Shown here piece after piece: positions 38,794 to 52,130 of a stretch of 64,000 nucleotides of DNA. The notes under the pieces are model-generated. The model made no database searches. It saw nothing but the letters and a program-made list of their open reading frames with translations, and was not told the origin of the DNA. Numbering within the stretch: position 1 is the first letter of the stretch; each line of letters opens with the position of its first letter. This stretch comes from Hemiscyllium ocellatum (taxonomy: Eukaryota): the NCBI RefSeq assembly GCF_020745735.1, contig NC_083414.1, positions 13,454,001 through 13,518,000 on the forward strand. The letters run 5' to 3'. The position numbers were made by a program, and so were the translations under genes.

Positions 38794-39708
38794 TTAAATT
38801 TCATTGGGTTGAATAATAATTGCTTGCATATCCATGACGTTCGTGTTTGTCAGCCCTGTCACAATAAGGTCCACTCCATTATTAAACTTGTTAAAGAAGG
38901 TAAAGGAGTCGTTGTTGTTTAAAAAGTCCTCTGCGTTCAGCCCTTCAGCAAAGGCCTTGTCAACCAGGTCACTGTAAGCGAATGCACCAGCTGCTTCAGT
39001 GGGCCCATCTTGTCCGTCAGTCCCGCCACTAAGAAAAATAACTTCATACTTTGTAAGTAGATCTTGTGGAATCTTTGATTTTGCATGGTGAAGTTCCAAG
39101 GCTAGATGCAAGGCCAGCTCTTGATTTCGACCTCCTTTACCTTTACCCTGGAGTCGAACTGTAGTTTCCCCCCCTGCCAAAAGGCATATTGGTTTCTTGG
39201 AATGCTGTGTCTCCTCCAACAGTTCCAAACAGCCATCTAGTTGGAAGTCAGGAAGCTCCATGTTTACGACCATCTGCAGGATCTCATCTTTCATTTTGCT
39301 TACATGTACATATTTTGAACTGGCAGCTGCCAGAACTGAGCACACATATCTAATCAAAAGACTGTACAATTTAGCCACAGTCTTGACATCTCCACTGACC
39401 ACAGTAGATAGGACAGAAGTATTATAACCCAAGCTTTCTGATTTGCATTTTGCTTTCTCTAAGGCAATTGCATTTGATCCCACAACAAAATTACAAACAT
39501 GAGCAAATGTTTGGATCTCCTCTTTGTCCATTTTCATGCTGGACTGAGACAGAACTTCTTTTACAGATTCTGGCATGGATGATAACAAGTTATATTTTAA
39601 CAGTATCTTATGACAGTCGTCCTTGCTGTGTAAGGTAGGTACAGTTGGGCCACTGGCCACATACTCCAAATTGTCACCTATAACATCAGACATGATGAGA
39701 CTCACCAC
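38794..39708 (-). CDS. GLYCTK: Glycerate kinase, last coding exon
   Basis: VVSLIMSDVIGD..ASGPT, LLAGGETTV..GKGGRNQE, SGGTDGQDGPT, TGLTNTNVMD (MOFRL-type GLYCTK motifs); acceptor tttggcag; AATAAA on the minus strand at 38551-38556. Confidence 0.97.
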   Translation of the reverse strand: MVSLIMSDVIGDNLEYVASGPTVPTLHSKDDCHKILLKYNLLSSMPESVKEVLSQSSMKMDKEEIQTFAHVCNFVVGSNAIALEKAKCKSESLGYNTSVLSTVVSGDVKTVAKLYSLLIRYVCSVLAAASSKYVHVSKMKDEILQMVVNMELPDFQLDGCLELLEETQHSKKPICLLAGGETTVRLQGKGKGGRNQELALHLALELHHAKSKIPQDLLTKYEVIFLSGGTDGQDGPTEAAGAFAYSDLVDKAFAEGLNAEDFLNNNDSFTFFNKFNNGVDLIVTGLTNTNVMDMQAIIIQPNEI

Positions 39709-41154
39709 CTGCCAAATAAAGAGTCATGTTTTATATTTCTGTATATTTCAATTTCTTGTCCAGTCAAATCTAATTACAATACATTTAATTGGAATGTGTT
39801 TAGAATTTTAACTCCAAAGATGAACTCAATTATTAATACAATTTCTGATCAAAAGGGCTATTGCATGGACACTTTACCTTCTATCTCTGATTATATGCAG
39901 TAATGTTCTGACCTTTGTATTGAATTAACAGTCACCAAGTGTGTACATATAAATACTGTTTGCTTACTAAACTTGTCATTAAATCATTTTATAATCTATC
40001 AACAGAGTCTCCATAAGCAAAATGGGTGAACACACTACATGGTATAGTACTGTGTCATACATTCCAGTTTTAATTCCTAAATTAGGTGGTTTAGGAAAAG
40101 AGATGGGAGGGCTACAAGTGAGCTCAGCATAGGTCGAACTACGAAGGAGTAAACAAGTTTTTAATTCCTGCTCTTGACTGCCACCTAGTCTACCCTTACT
40201 GCAAGTACATCTCTATGACTGACAAAATTATGAGTGGTTTCTCTGCTGCAATGAATTGTTCAGGTTCACCCAAAGATAATGGCTACCTGGTTCAGGTACC
40301 CAAGGCAATCAGCACTGTGAATCATACCTGACCACAATTAGGTACCTACTGAAAAGAGTGGGGGTCGGCAATAGAAAATAAACTAAAAACTTCTCAGTTT
40401 CTAGACTCCACCAATTTCAAAGCAGGAGAAGATGCCTGTACGGAAAGCAAGTTTCAGATTTTATAGTTAGTACCTTTAACTTTGAGATTAAGATGACACA
40501 TGTTTCAGATTTCTACACTTGAATTATTGTGCCCAGTTTTGACCCCTGGACGTAGTGAAGGAAATTGAATTAAGGGCCTTGAATGATAACTAAGGCACCT
40601 TACATATGGGAACGGTTCCATGAATTCTGACTGTCACTTGGACATCAAAGAAATAGTGGGGTATATAGTTTTTAAAGAATGTAAAATTTCTGGATGACTT
40701 AGTTAACATGGTGGAACCAAATGAAGGTAAAGAATCAGGTTAGAAAGTGGGAAGCTTTTATTTTCACAAGAATTCATTGCTCAGTATTAGAATACCCAAA
40801 AATGTAGTCCTTTAATGGAAAATGTGAGTGAGGATACATTCAGTGAGACAGGGTAAGGTGCTCATAGAAATGAGGATTTGTGAGCAGTAATCAAAAATCA
40901 TTATTTTTTTTAGCTGGGAAATACAAAAAAAGTATAAGCTCAGGGATCACCTCTCCACCATCACCATTTCACCTGACAAAGGCTTGTCATTTCAAATAAA
41001 CCGATTGGACTATACCCTGGCACTGTGTAACTTCTGACTATGACAGCATGAATAAGTATTACTAGCAGGGGTCACTGGCTGGGTGGGTGAGACAGAAAAT
41101 TGGAATTTTCCTCTTTGTTACATACTAAGAAATACTTACATTTAATTCACCTCA

Positions 41155-42062
41155 TTTATATGGACTTCAGTAAGGCAATTAACAAGGTTCCCCATGGGAG
41201 ACTGGCTAGTAAGGTTAGATCTCTTGGAATGAATGGGAAAACGAGCCTTTGGATACAGAACTGGCTCGGAGGTGGAAGACACAGGGTGGTGGTGGAGGGT
41301 TGTTTTTCAGACTGGAGGCCTGTGACCAGTGGAGTGCCACAAGGATCGGTGCTGTGTCCACTACTTCTTGTCATTTATATAAATGATTTGGATGTGAGCG
41401 TAAGAGGTACAGTTAGTAAGTTTGCAGGTGACATCAAAATTGGAGGTGTAGTCGACAGCAAAGAAGGTTACGTCAGATTACAATGATCTTGAACAGATGA
41501 GCTGAGGAGTGACAGATGGATTTAATTTAGATAAATGCGATGTGCTGCATTTTGGGAAAGCAAATTGAGCAAAATACACTTAATGGCAAGGTACGAGGGA
41601 GTGTTGCTGGACAAAGAGACCTTGGAGTGCAAGTTCATAGCTCCTTGAAAGTGGAGTCACAGGTAGATAGGATAGTGAAGAAGGCGCTTGGTATGCTTTC
41701 CTTTATTGGTCAGGAGTTGGGAGGTCATGTTGTGGCTGTACAGGACATTGGTTTGGCCACTTTTGGAATATTGTGTGCAATTCTGGTGTCCTTCCTATCA
41801 GAAGGATGTTGTGAAACTTGAAAGGATTCAGAAAAGATTTACAAGTATGTTGCCAGGGTTGGAGGTTTTGAGCGAAAGGGAGACGTTGAATAGGCTGGGG
41901 CTGTTTTCCCTGGAGTGTCAGGGACTGATGGATGACCTCATAGAGGTTTATAAAATCATGAAGAGCATTTATAGGATAAATAAATAAATATGGGATATCT
42001 GATCAGCATGGACAAGTTAGACCGAAGGGTCTGCTTCCGTTCTGTACATCTCTATTACTCTA
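41155..42062 (+). mobile_element. CR1 LINE fragment
   Basis: YMDFSKA..KVPH, SGVPQGSVL, LEYCVQFW motifs. Confidence 0.88.
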
Positions 42063-42450
42063 TAACCTCGCAACATCTCAATCACTTCATGTAATGTGAT
42101 AGATATCATGGAGGAAAAATGGAAGTCAGTTGCACAAATAGCATCATGATAATAACTGAATAATCATTGAAGTGGTGATAAATATTGCTTAAGCCATTGG
42201 GAAACTCTTCATCTTATAGGGATTTTTTTTGCTTCCATTTCTAACAGACAGTATGGCTCTTGCTCTGAATTGCATTGGAGTGTCTTTCTAGATTTTGTGC
42301 TCTGTACACTGGTGGGACTGGAACTTGTAATCTGGCACACAGATGATATTTTGACTACCCCTATTAGAGATTAAGGCTAAATATTGATCATAATCCCATT
42401 CAAAGTTTCATAATCAACACTTTCAGTCACGAAACAGAAAGGTTACAAAC

Positions 42451-42626
42451 CTGTGCAGGATAGGCAGCCCTTGCCAAACCTCCACCCTTCAACAACGACA
42501 GCATCTTGCGGATTGTATTGAGCTCCTGAATTGTTGCCCCCTTAGCAGCAAGTTGTTTGGTCAGGTATTGCTTCTCCTCTAAAGTGACAGGGGGAATTGG
42601 AGCTGGCAATAAAGCTGACCCTCCAC
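42451..42626 (-). CDS. GLYCTK: Glycerate kinase coding exon 3 (176 nt)
   Basis: ttttag/GT GGA GGG TCA...GCA CAG/gtttgt encodes GGGSALLPAPIPPVTLEEK...KGGGLARAAYPAQ. Confidence 0.95.
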
Positions 42627-42936
42627 CTAAAAAGCAGTTTTAAAAAATTGTTATGGTCATGACCATACCATGTCTCCAGCACACTACCATTGCGTGGCAT
42701 GATGCAAGTTTAAGAATAGAGTTCACTCAGGCTATGTTAGAATTGGAAAAAGAAAATCCTCTCTGAAACTAGTGGGCATGTGAACTTGTACAGAAGGAAG
42801 TTAAATTGTGGCCAACTGGAGCAGTTGAAAGGATTGAAACTTGTTGAAAATTGTAATTATGATTTAAGATATTGAACAATGTTTGATTTTCCCTTTTTAA
42901 TGCAGGTAGAGGATGGAAATTATTTTCCAGTGGAGG

Positions 42937-43434
42937 GTTTGGGAGAAGATTTGTAGCTTGGGTGCTCGTTGTTGTGGTTCTGTTTGCCGAGCTGGGAGTT
43001 TGTGTTGCAAACGTTTCGTCCCCTTTCTAGGTGACATCGTCAGTGCTTGGGAGCCTCCTGTGAAGCGCTTCTGTGATGTTTCCTCCGGCATTTATAGTGG
43101 CTTGTCTCTGCCGCTTCCGGTTGTCAGTTACTGTCCGCTGCAGTGGTCGGTATATTGGGTCCAGGTCGATGTGTTTGTTGATAGAATCTGTGGATGAGCG
43201 GACACTCATCCACAGATTCTATCAACAAACACATCGACCTGGACCCAATATACCGACCACTGCAGCGGACAGTAACTGACAACCGGAAGCGGCAGAGACA
43301 AGCCACTATAAATGCCGGAGGAAACATCACAGAAGCGCTTCACAGGAGGCTCCCAAGCACTGACGATGTCACCTAGAAAGGGGACGAAACGTTTGCAACA
43401 CAAACTCCCAGCTCGGCAAACAGAACCACAACAA
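42937..43434. mobile_element. Palindromic family B PLE insertion with two hammerhead motifs
   Basis: Arms 42969-43198 and 43205-43434; TSD ttccagtggagg at 42925 and 43435; motif GCA-CTGACGA-T-GTC..GAC-GAAA-CGTT-TGC at 43357-43396 (+) and 43007-43046 (-). Confidence 0.92.
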
Positions 43435-44359
43435 TTCCAGTGGAGGATCATCACATATTTGAATGAGAGTTTATGTTGAGATTCATTAAATGCAAATTCT
43501 GGTTGGAAAGGTTTGATAAGCTGAATAGCCTTTCCGTGTTCTATACCTCCTCATATAGCTTTGTGCCTGCAATTTTACAAACATCTATGGGACATAGTGA
43601 ACTGAAACCAATATCCTTGGAGAACAGAAAGGAAATTACATTGAGTGTCAAGCATTTCAAATACTTATCCACAGTTAGCTACAAATAGAAGCAAAATACT
43701 ACAAATTCTGGACATCTGTTATCAAAAATTTGAAATCAAAATACAACTGCAATGCTCCTTTTTTTTAACCCAAGGAATAATAGATAAGTATTTAGTTAAG
43801 TATTTTGAGGTTACTGTTTAACTGGTTTATTTATTTAACTGGTTCATGTTTCTCATGTTAACTAAGCAGCTAAGCAAAACAAACAAGACTAAATAAGTGG
43901 AAGTCAACATAGCAGAATGACTGGGCCATCTCTATACACACGTACTCTGTGGGATGTCTACAATACTTTATAAGTTCTAAAACATCACATATGCAGCCTA
44001 TACATCCAATTGCTCCAGTGTTATTTAAAGGCATATAGTATTATCAGTGTGCACGTAAAAGAGAAAAAAAACCTTTAAGGCGCACTGAAATTTGCTTTTC
44101 TATTTAAAAAGATTAAGACAGATGCTCCACATCAATACACTTTTTTACCCTATTCCTACATTCTGGTGTCCAAAACTTGTATCAGTCATGTCTTGAATAT
44201 CCTCAATGATTGAGCATTTACAGCCATCTGTACTAGATAACTCCAATGATTCATGAACCTCGAGTGCATTTCTCCTTGTCTCAATCTAAAGTGGCCAGCT
44301 AATTCTCCCAAGGCTATTAAGGGGGAAACAACAATTCAATATCTGCTCTGTCAAGCCCT

Positions 44360-44855
44360 AAGAATGAGAACTTTGTGGACAGCATGTTTCACTAAGGTTC
44401 ACCATACTTATTCCTGGGATGGCAGGATTGATATATGAGGAAAGACTGGATTGATTGGGCTTGTAATCACTGGAGTTTGGAAAAATGAGGAGGGATCTCA
44501 TAGAAACACATCAAATTCTAATGGCACTGAACAGGTTTGATGCTGGAAGAATGTTCCTGATGTTAGGGAAGACCGGAACTAGGCATCACAGTCGAAGAAG
44601 AAATAGTAAGCCATGCAGGACTGAGATGAGGAAGAATTTTTTCACTCAGAGTTGTGAACCTGTGGAATGATGTTGGGGCCAGTTCATTAGATATATTCAA
44701 GAGGGAGCTGGACATGGCTTTTGTGGCTAAAGGGATCAAGGGGTATGGAGAGAAAATGGGAGTGGGATACTGAGATTGCATGATCAGCCATAGGTACAGG
44801 GTAGTCATAGGTGCAGGCTAGAAGGGGCCTAATACTGCACCTATGACTACCCTGT
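44360..44855 (+). mobile_element. CR1 3' fragment ending in an extended hairpin
   Basis: MRRDLIETHQI..RTEMRKNFFTQ peptide; 21-bp inverted repeat at 44796-44855. Confidence 0.8.
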
Positions 44856-45505
44856 CGCTAAGAGTTCAAAAGATCAAACAGTGTAAGATTCCTTTAGGAA
44901 TGTGGAGCCCAAAGACTGATACTCAGTGCTGAATGTCAGTATAGGTGACAATGTCTTCAGAAAGTACAGTTAGAATATTATCCACAATACAGAGAAATTT
45001 GGCTGCAGGGAGGGCACGAAAGTGTCGAATGCAATATCAAGTCTTAAAAACTATCAACTGCTCAAACAGCATCAACTCATTTTTTGATTCAGCACTTCAA
45101 AGTTTCCATGACTCAACACTGAGTTCAACTCTTTCAGATAAAACTCTTGTTTGGACCAGAGCTGCTGGTGGAAATGAGTCACTTTTCCCATTTAAACCTC
45201 ATCTAGTTTCATCTTTTACTTTTCTTGTCTCAGTTTCATTTAATCTGATTAGTCCTATCATTCCCTTATTCATTTATCTCTCCTGTTTTTCTCTTACTTT
45301 CTCTCTCTCTCATCCTTCCCTCCCTCCCCCCAGTACTTCATTTTATTATAAACAGTAATCAGATTTAGCACCAGTTCTATAGATGGTACTGCATTGCAGT
45401 CAGCCTGCTGTAGAACTGTTGAATATTGATCTGTGCTAAACTGTAGCTGGTGGATTAATCTCTGTAATCAATTTGCTGTGACAATGAGAAAGAGAATTTA
45501 TGTAC

Positions 45506-45657
45506 CTGAGATAAGCACAAATAGCAGGTCATCTGCAGTAAGTCCTTCCACTAATTGATGAATACTGTTGGCTGCCTTTAAAGCATTCTCATCAGGGAGG
45601 TTATGTTTGGCTCCTTCCATTGCTTGTATTTTTGTCTGAGGTTTCAAAAGCATGTCC
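45506..45657 (-). CDS. GLYCTK: Glycerate kinase coding exon 2 (152 nt)
   Basis: ccacag/G GAC ATG CTT...ATC TCA G/gtacat encodes [29 protein letters not shown]...[11 protein letters not shown]; phases fit. This frame is missed by the ORF track. Confidence 0.95.
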
Positions 45658-48133
45658 CTGTGGAATTACCCAGAGTGAAGTAATTAAACAGTGCGTGACA
45701 ACATGAAATGAATCGACGAACTGAACTACTTCATAGAACACAGAAAAAGGCAAGAATAATGCAATAAAAATTTCTTCCTTTCCTGGAGGTTTTGATTTCT
45801 CTTGAATACAATTCATTGACCACAAGTACTTTGTCTAGGTACACATTTTGAATAGTGTGTGAATAATGCACAACTTTCATAGTGCTTATTAAACCATGGA
45901 GGGTATCACGACTATGATCAAGTTCACTTAATCTTAATTTCAAGGGCAACCAGGGTCAGGCAGTAAATGCTGGCCAGCCAGTGAAATCCAATTCCCATGA
46001 GTGAATTTTAAAAAAATCCAAACATATTTACTTCAACAACAGTTCCACTCAACATCAAAGGCAACTTGATGCGATCCTAGTTAATATATATCGGATTGAA
46101 CCCATGTAAACCGAGACAGATTGATTGTACAATCTCTATCAGTGGTATTGTTGAGATAATCTGACTCAGCAAAAAGTGTGGAATCAAACCCATTCCTGGA
46201 ATTCCCTCCCTAATGGCATTGTGGATGCACCAGCACCATGCAGACTGCAATGGTTCAAAAAGGTAGCTTGTCATCACCTTCTCATGGGCAATGGAATGGT
46301 TGCCATCTAGCGATGCCCATACCATACAAGTGAATAAAAACAAAATGAAAGTTTTGCAAATTGAGGTATTCACTTCGCTACTGGGGAAACCTCATGCTGT
46401 TATTCCTAATTATGTTAAATATCTCAAGTGGATGAATGTGCAGGGATTTGAGAAGGATGGGAGTGTATAGCAGTACATGAATTTTTCCTTATGACAGCTA
46501 GCATGACTCTGAGGGGTTGAATACCTTTTTCTGTGTTCTAACAATTCTAAGGTCTGTTCTATGCTGTGCACAGTGGGAGACCAATCCTGTAAATTTTGCA
46601 CCTGCGTAGCTACAAGACTTTAACTGCACAAACAACTCTCGGGTAGTGTTTAATTCATTCTTGGGAATTTGAGCATTGCTGGTCAGGTCAACACATTGCC
46701 CATCCCTGATTTCCTCAAGGTGGTGGTGAACAATGTTCCTGTGACCTTGTTCCATGTTAATTAATGTACACAAAATGGTGTACAAAAAGATTGGAACAGA
46801 ACACCGCATGGGAAAGAATTTTGGCCACCCACAACAACACATTATAATAGGAATGCTGTTGGTGATGTGCCAAACTGAATAATGTGCTTGAATTTTGTGG
46901 CACCTAACTAGTCAATTACATTAAAAACATGTCCCAATGGAATCATCAAGGATGAAGCAGTTATGCAGTATGGTTGATGTGAATTGCATTGACCAACTCC
47001 ACCCTTTCTATTAATTTACATTTCCAAATGTATAATTTGAAATGCAATTCAATTTTTGAATTGCTTCTCATCAACTAATTTCCTGGGTCGAGACTGGATA
47101 AGGATGGCTGATTTCCTCCCTAAAGGATGTTAATGAACCAGATGGGTTTTTATGACAATCAGGTTGTCTTACAGTACCCATTCTGGCTTTTTATTGCAGA
47201 TCATAATGTAAATAATTTAATTTAAATTCTCCAGCAGCTATGATGGACTTGAACTCATTTCTCCAGATCAATAGCCCAGGTTGCCAGAATGCTAGTTCAG
47301 TAACACTGTCATACTAATATGCTGGAAGTGAATGTTTTAATGTTTGCAGTTTCCAACATTTTACTGAAGATTTAAACTACAACAAAGTGTTGGTATTAAG
47401 AGATTTCACTTTGCATTATTATTTTAGTTACAGCATAAGTTGGAGCCTAAATTTGGAGTGAAGGCAGACTACATCGAATGTCTTGAGCCTTGACTTTCAA
47501 TTTATACTACAGAAATTTAGCATTACACATCTGTGCAGTGATGGTTAATTTGTAGCGCCTTTATTCATAGAATGCACTGGAATCAGGATAGGATAAGACA
47601 CAAAAGTAAGTTGGAGAGGTAATGCAGAAGTAGATTAGACCACAAGGGGAAATATCCTCTTAGCATCTACCCTATCAAATCCTCAGAATCTTAAAAGTTT
47701 CAATAAGATCCAATTCCTGTCTTGAAGATGGTGACCAGTAAGGTTCAGTGCTTATTGGGCATCCTCAGTACCATATCAAAGTCTCAGCTTTTTTTATAAT
47801 TGGAGTGTGGACGGTGAGTGTTGAAAACCACTTCAGTTTTCACAGAAATACTGAGACAAACTGGTAGCTCCCAATTTTCTCCCCTCGCTGAGGTTACTTA
47901 AATCAGCAAGACCAGAAATTGAATCTACAAAGATAGTGAGCAGAAAAACTGTTTTATACTGGACAAAAATTTACCGACTAAGTTATTTAAGCAATCCCAA
48001 AATTAACAGATACTGTGTCTTCTAGCTTGATGTCAGTGGGAGGGATAGGGGGTCATTAGGGAAGGATCAAGGGGAGCACTACTAGTGAATAGAAAATAAA
48101 TAATCCACATTGTGATTTTTTTTTGTTTCTTAC

Positions 48134-48525
48134 TCTTTTCCTGTCTCACTAAGAATCTTTTGGATGCCAAGTGGAACACTGATCACTCCTTGCAGCAGAT
48201 GGTCTCCCAAGATCTCTTCCATAGCAGCCGCCATTCCCAACACAGCCTTCCCAAATCCAACAAGATAGACATTTTTATGGACAGGGAAGCACTGATTTTG
48301 TATCATCAATCTGTCTCCTTCTATGCTAATGTTGTTCTTGATCATGTTTTGAGGCAAAACAGCATTGATTGCTGCCTGAAAGATCTGCAGACCGTGCTGT
48401 CGAAGGGACATTTTTTTGTTAATTACACAGGCACTGTGAAGATGAAGCTTCTTTGGCTTCCAGGTCTTGTAAATGAGTTGATGGTTGAAATGAAGCCACA
48501 AGTATCTTCCGAATGCAGTGATCAT
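48134..48525 (-). CDS. GLYCTK: Glycerate kinase coding exon 1
   Basis: MITAF...MSLRQHGLQIFQAAINAVLP...NVYLVGFGKAVLGMAAA...GVISVPLG; donor GA/gtaag; in-frame upstream TGA at 48546-48544. Joined CDS 1635 nt = 544 aa. Confidence 0.93.
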
Positions 48526-50559
48526 CTTAATCGCTGCGATTAATCACTGAAATTGCTCTAAGTGATATCATCCTGCCAGAGAACAAATGGGAACCAGGAA
48601 GAAGTTATTCCGTTCTGCAGTGTATAAGTCCATTTGCAGCATCACAACTTAAACCTGTAGAGTAAATTCCACAAGAGATGGTTAGATCTGTAATTCTTCA
48701 TAAGCTGTTTGCTTACCTTCTAATTTCCATATTCTCATCCCAGCGAATTTCAAAAATTTATATTTCCAAATATCATTTTTTATTTCATTTCTTGTAATGC
48801 TACAAAAGGTGTTGGAAATTAGAAATGGGTGTGATTGACAACTAAGACTATATTTGTACTTTAACTATTTATACCGTGTAGATTACTGACTTGTACCTTC
48901 AATTGTCACAGCTGTTATTTCAGAATTCCTGGATAAGAGTTCATTCAGTGTTACTTAAGGTGGCAAAGAAATAATAATTAAATAATTGCAAGTGCAATAA
49001 ATCATATAAAGTTAAAAATGTTCCCTTTCACACCGGACTCATGGTCAGGTTGAGCTACTCCACAATGGTGTCAACATCTTTGCAAGTTAAAGTATGATCA
49101 TAAATTAAGGAGAAATGTTACCATAAAACATTTTGTTCTAATTTTGCAAAATACTTCAACATAATTTACATGCATCTGTATTCATGCGAGCTTGAAGAAG
49201 TTAAATGATCTTAGCAATGTAAAGCAAGGTATCAAAGACTTAAGTCCCTTATGGCATAGTGTTGCTGATGTTACAAACAGGAGGCTTGGGTTCAAGTCCC
49301 ATTTGCTTCAGATGTGTGTTATAGCATTTCTTAATAGATTGATAGAGAAAATATCTGATGAAGAGTCTTTAACAGAGAGTTTTGTGGCATAGTCCCTCCC
49401 TCTGAAGGCCTCGGTTTAAGTCTTGCATGCTTCAGAGGTGTGTTGTAACATGTTAATTTGAAAATATCTAATTCAAAGAATTGCAAAGAACAAGCCATTA
49501 GGAATTTATGTCCTTTCTCTTAAATTACCCCAATCTGCATATTCTTTTGCTGCTTTATTCCTCATCCAGTTTTTCCAAAATACATATATTTCCTGTGATA
49601 CGAAAGAAGTCTTATGGCACAGTGGATAGTGTCTCTGTCTCTGAACCACTGAGGTTGAGTTTCACAACAATGTTTTGAAGGCCGAAAGGTGAACAGGTAA
49701 TGCATCTAAACAGGTTGAGTATCAACTGCAATATTTGAACTCTCTGCTTGAATTCTAACACCACCATCACATTATAGTACTCTTAGTTAAAGGAAGTCTC
49801 CAGGTTGTTGCAATGGAAGACAAAGGTTTACATGATTTATCACAAATGACAGTTTAGAATAGGAATATATACAGCTTTAGAAGAGAAATATCTCGGAAAA
49901 TTAGCAAGTAAATATAGCTTAGATAAAAAAGACTGAACAAGAAGCAAACCTGGAAAGCCGTTGACTCCGTGGCCAAGCATCTAATTTGTATTTCCTTCAA
50001 CTTAGAGTGAGCAACAGGCATATGAAAATTAAGCTTAATTATTTGGAAAATTAAAACAAATTGATTTATCATAACACTTAGAATATTGCTACTTAATTTG
50101 CAAAGCTGTTGAAATTATTCAGTTTTCTTAAACACACTTCTATGAACATTCAAAAAACAGTTATAATCTTGTTAACATTGTAATAAGTTAAAGGTATGCA
50201 TTTTTATAAATATGCATTTTCATAATCTTGTATCATCCAAAACTATCTTACAGTCAATCAAGTCCTTTTCAATTGTAGTCACTGTTGTAATGGAGGAAAT
50301 AGTGCAAGTTGTTGTTAACATTCTCTTATATGGCACTGCAGGGATATGAAGAGAGAGGCTGTAATTGATTAAAATCAGAACATTTAAAAAAATTTCTTGA
50401 ATACATAACCTCTATCCTGTTAAACTAATTTATCAGTGAAACATGTGTACAGTAACAACCGAAGGTGATTACACTTACTGAATTAAGACAATATAGATCA
50501 GTAACTGTACACCATACTCTCTGAGCATACTGCTCATTATTCACTGAGCATCATAATCA

Positions 50560-52130
50560 GAGATCTGGACTGCCTCCAATGCCAGTATATCTTTCTTTTG
50601 ATAATAGGCCCAAGATTGTTTTCGACTCTAGTCCAACTCGTGCCCGGTATAGTTTTAACAAGGCTTCCCTATTTATTATCCTCCATTTCCTTTGAAATAA
50701 AGCGCACCATTCCATTTGCCTTCCCAATGACCTCTGCATACTAGCTTTTCGTGATTTATGCACAAGGACTAAGCTGGTCAGGGCATTTTATAAGATGTTC
50801 AGTAGTCACAAAGCAAATACATGCATTTAAATAAAATGTAAATAGATAAATTTGTAACAAACAACCTCAGCACCAATCAAAAAGATTTATTTGAAGGTCT
50901 TACACTGAAGTATGTAGCTGTGAATCCCCAAGATAACATAGATTAGGATAATGAAAGGCTCAAAGTGTCAAAGGCAGCAGAGATTTCAAGTAACAACAAT
51001 ACATGAGTAATCTCTTTACTATTGTTGTTCCACTGAAAAGAAATTGTTTCACTTCTATATTGTTAGGCCATAAAAATCTGACTAAAACTGTTGTGTCAAG
51101 TTTCAGGATCTTTGAGATTCAGTAGGTATGTAGTTTTAAATATATGTAATAGGAATAAATACAATAATTGTCACAAGAAAAAAATATTAGGGAAACTAAT
51201 GGAACTAGAACTAATAAGTTCCCTGGACCTGGTGGAATGTAGAGGAATCAGTGCTGGGGTCACAATTATTTACATTATATATTAATGACTTCGAGGCAAG
51301 TTTGAGGATGACACAAAAACAAATGGTATATAATATGAGAAAGTGTGAAATTGTACATTTTGACCGGAATACAGGAGCTAAATATTATTAAAGTAGAGAA
51401 GCACCGAGCGATTTGGGAGTCCTTGTGCATAAATTACTAAAAGCTAGTACACATGCAGGTAATAGGGATGGCAAATTGAATGTTGGGCTTTATTTTGAAG
51501 GAAAAGAGGAAAAACAAAATAGGGAAGCCTTGTTAAAACTATATAAGGCACTCGTCAGACCAGACTTGAAATACTGTGAACAATTTTGAGCCTACTATCG
51601 AAAGAAATGTATATTGGCATTGTAGGCATTCCAGCGAAGGTTGGCTAGGTTGATCCTGCATTTGAAGGGGCAATCGTAGGAGGAGAGGTTGAGTAGGTTA
51701 GGCCTGTACTCATTGCATTTCATTTTCCTAAATTCCAATCTTAAATAAAACAAAGAAGATTCTTAGGGGTCTTGACAGGGTAGATATGGAAAGGTTGTTC
51801 TCCTTGTGGAAGAATTTAGGACCAGAAAGCATAATTTCAGAATGAGAATTGCCCTTTTAGAACAGATGGAAAGGAATTTATTCTCACAGAAGGTAGTGAA
51901 TTTATGTAATTTTTCTTATCACAGGGAGGCATAGAGGGTGCTAGATCATTAAGTACATTTCAAAGTTGAGATAAACAGATTTTTAAATGAGTAAGGAATC
52001 AGGGTTATGGGGGAAAAGGCAGGAAAGTAGAGTTTGAGCATTACCGGATCAGCCATGATGCCACTGAATGGTAGAGCAGACTCAATGGTCTGAACGGCTT
52101 GCTTCTGCCCTTGCGTGTTATGGTCTTACA
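50560..52130. mobile_element. Old CR1 fragments in opposite orientations (50560-50770 minus, 51185-52130 plus)
   Basis: REALLKLYRA-like peptides on both strands. Confidence 0.65.

Noticed and set aside
42897-43454. Paired identical ORFs on both strands
   Set aside because: A consequence of the palindrome; only a short PLE C-terminal remnant is real.
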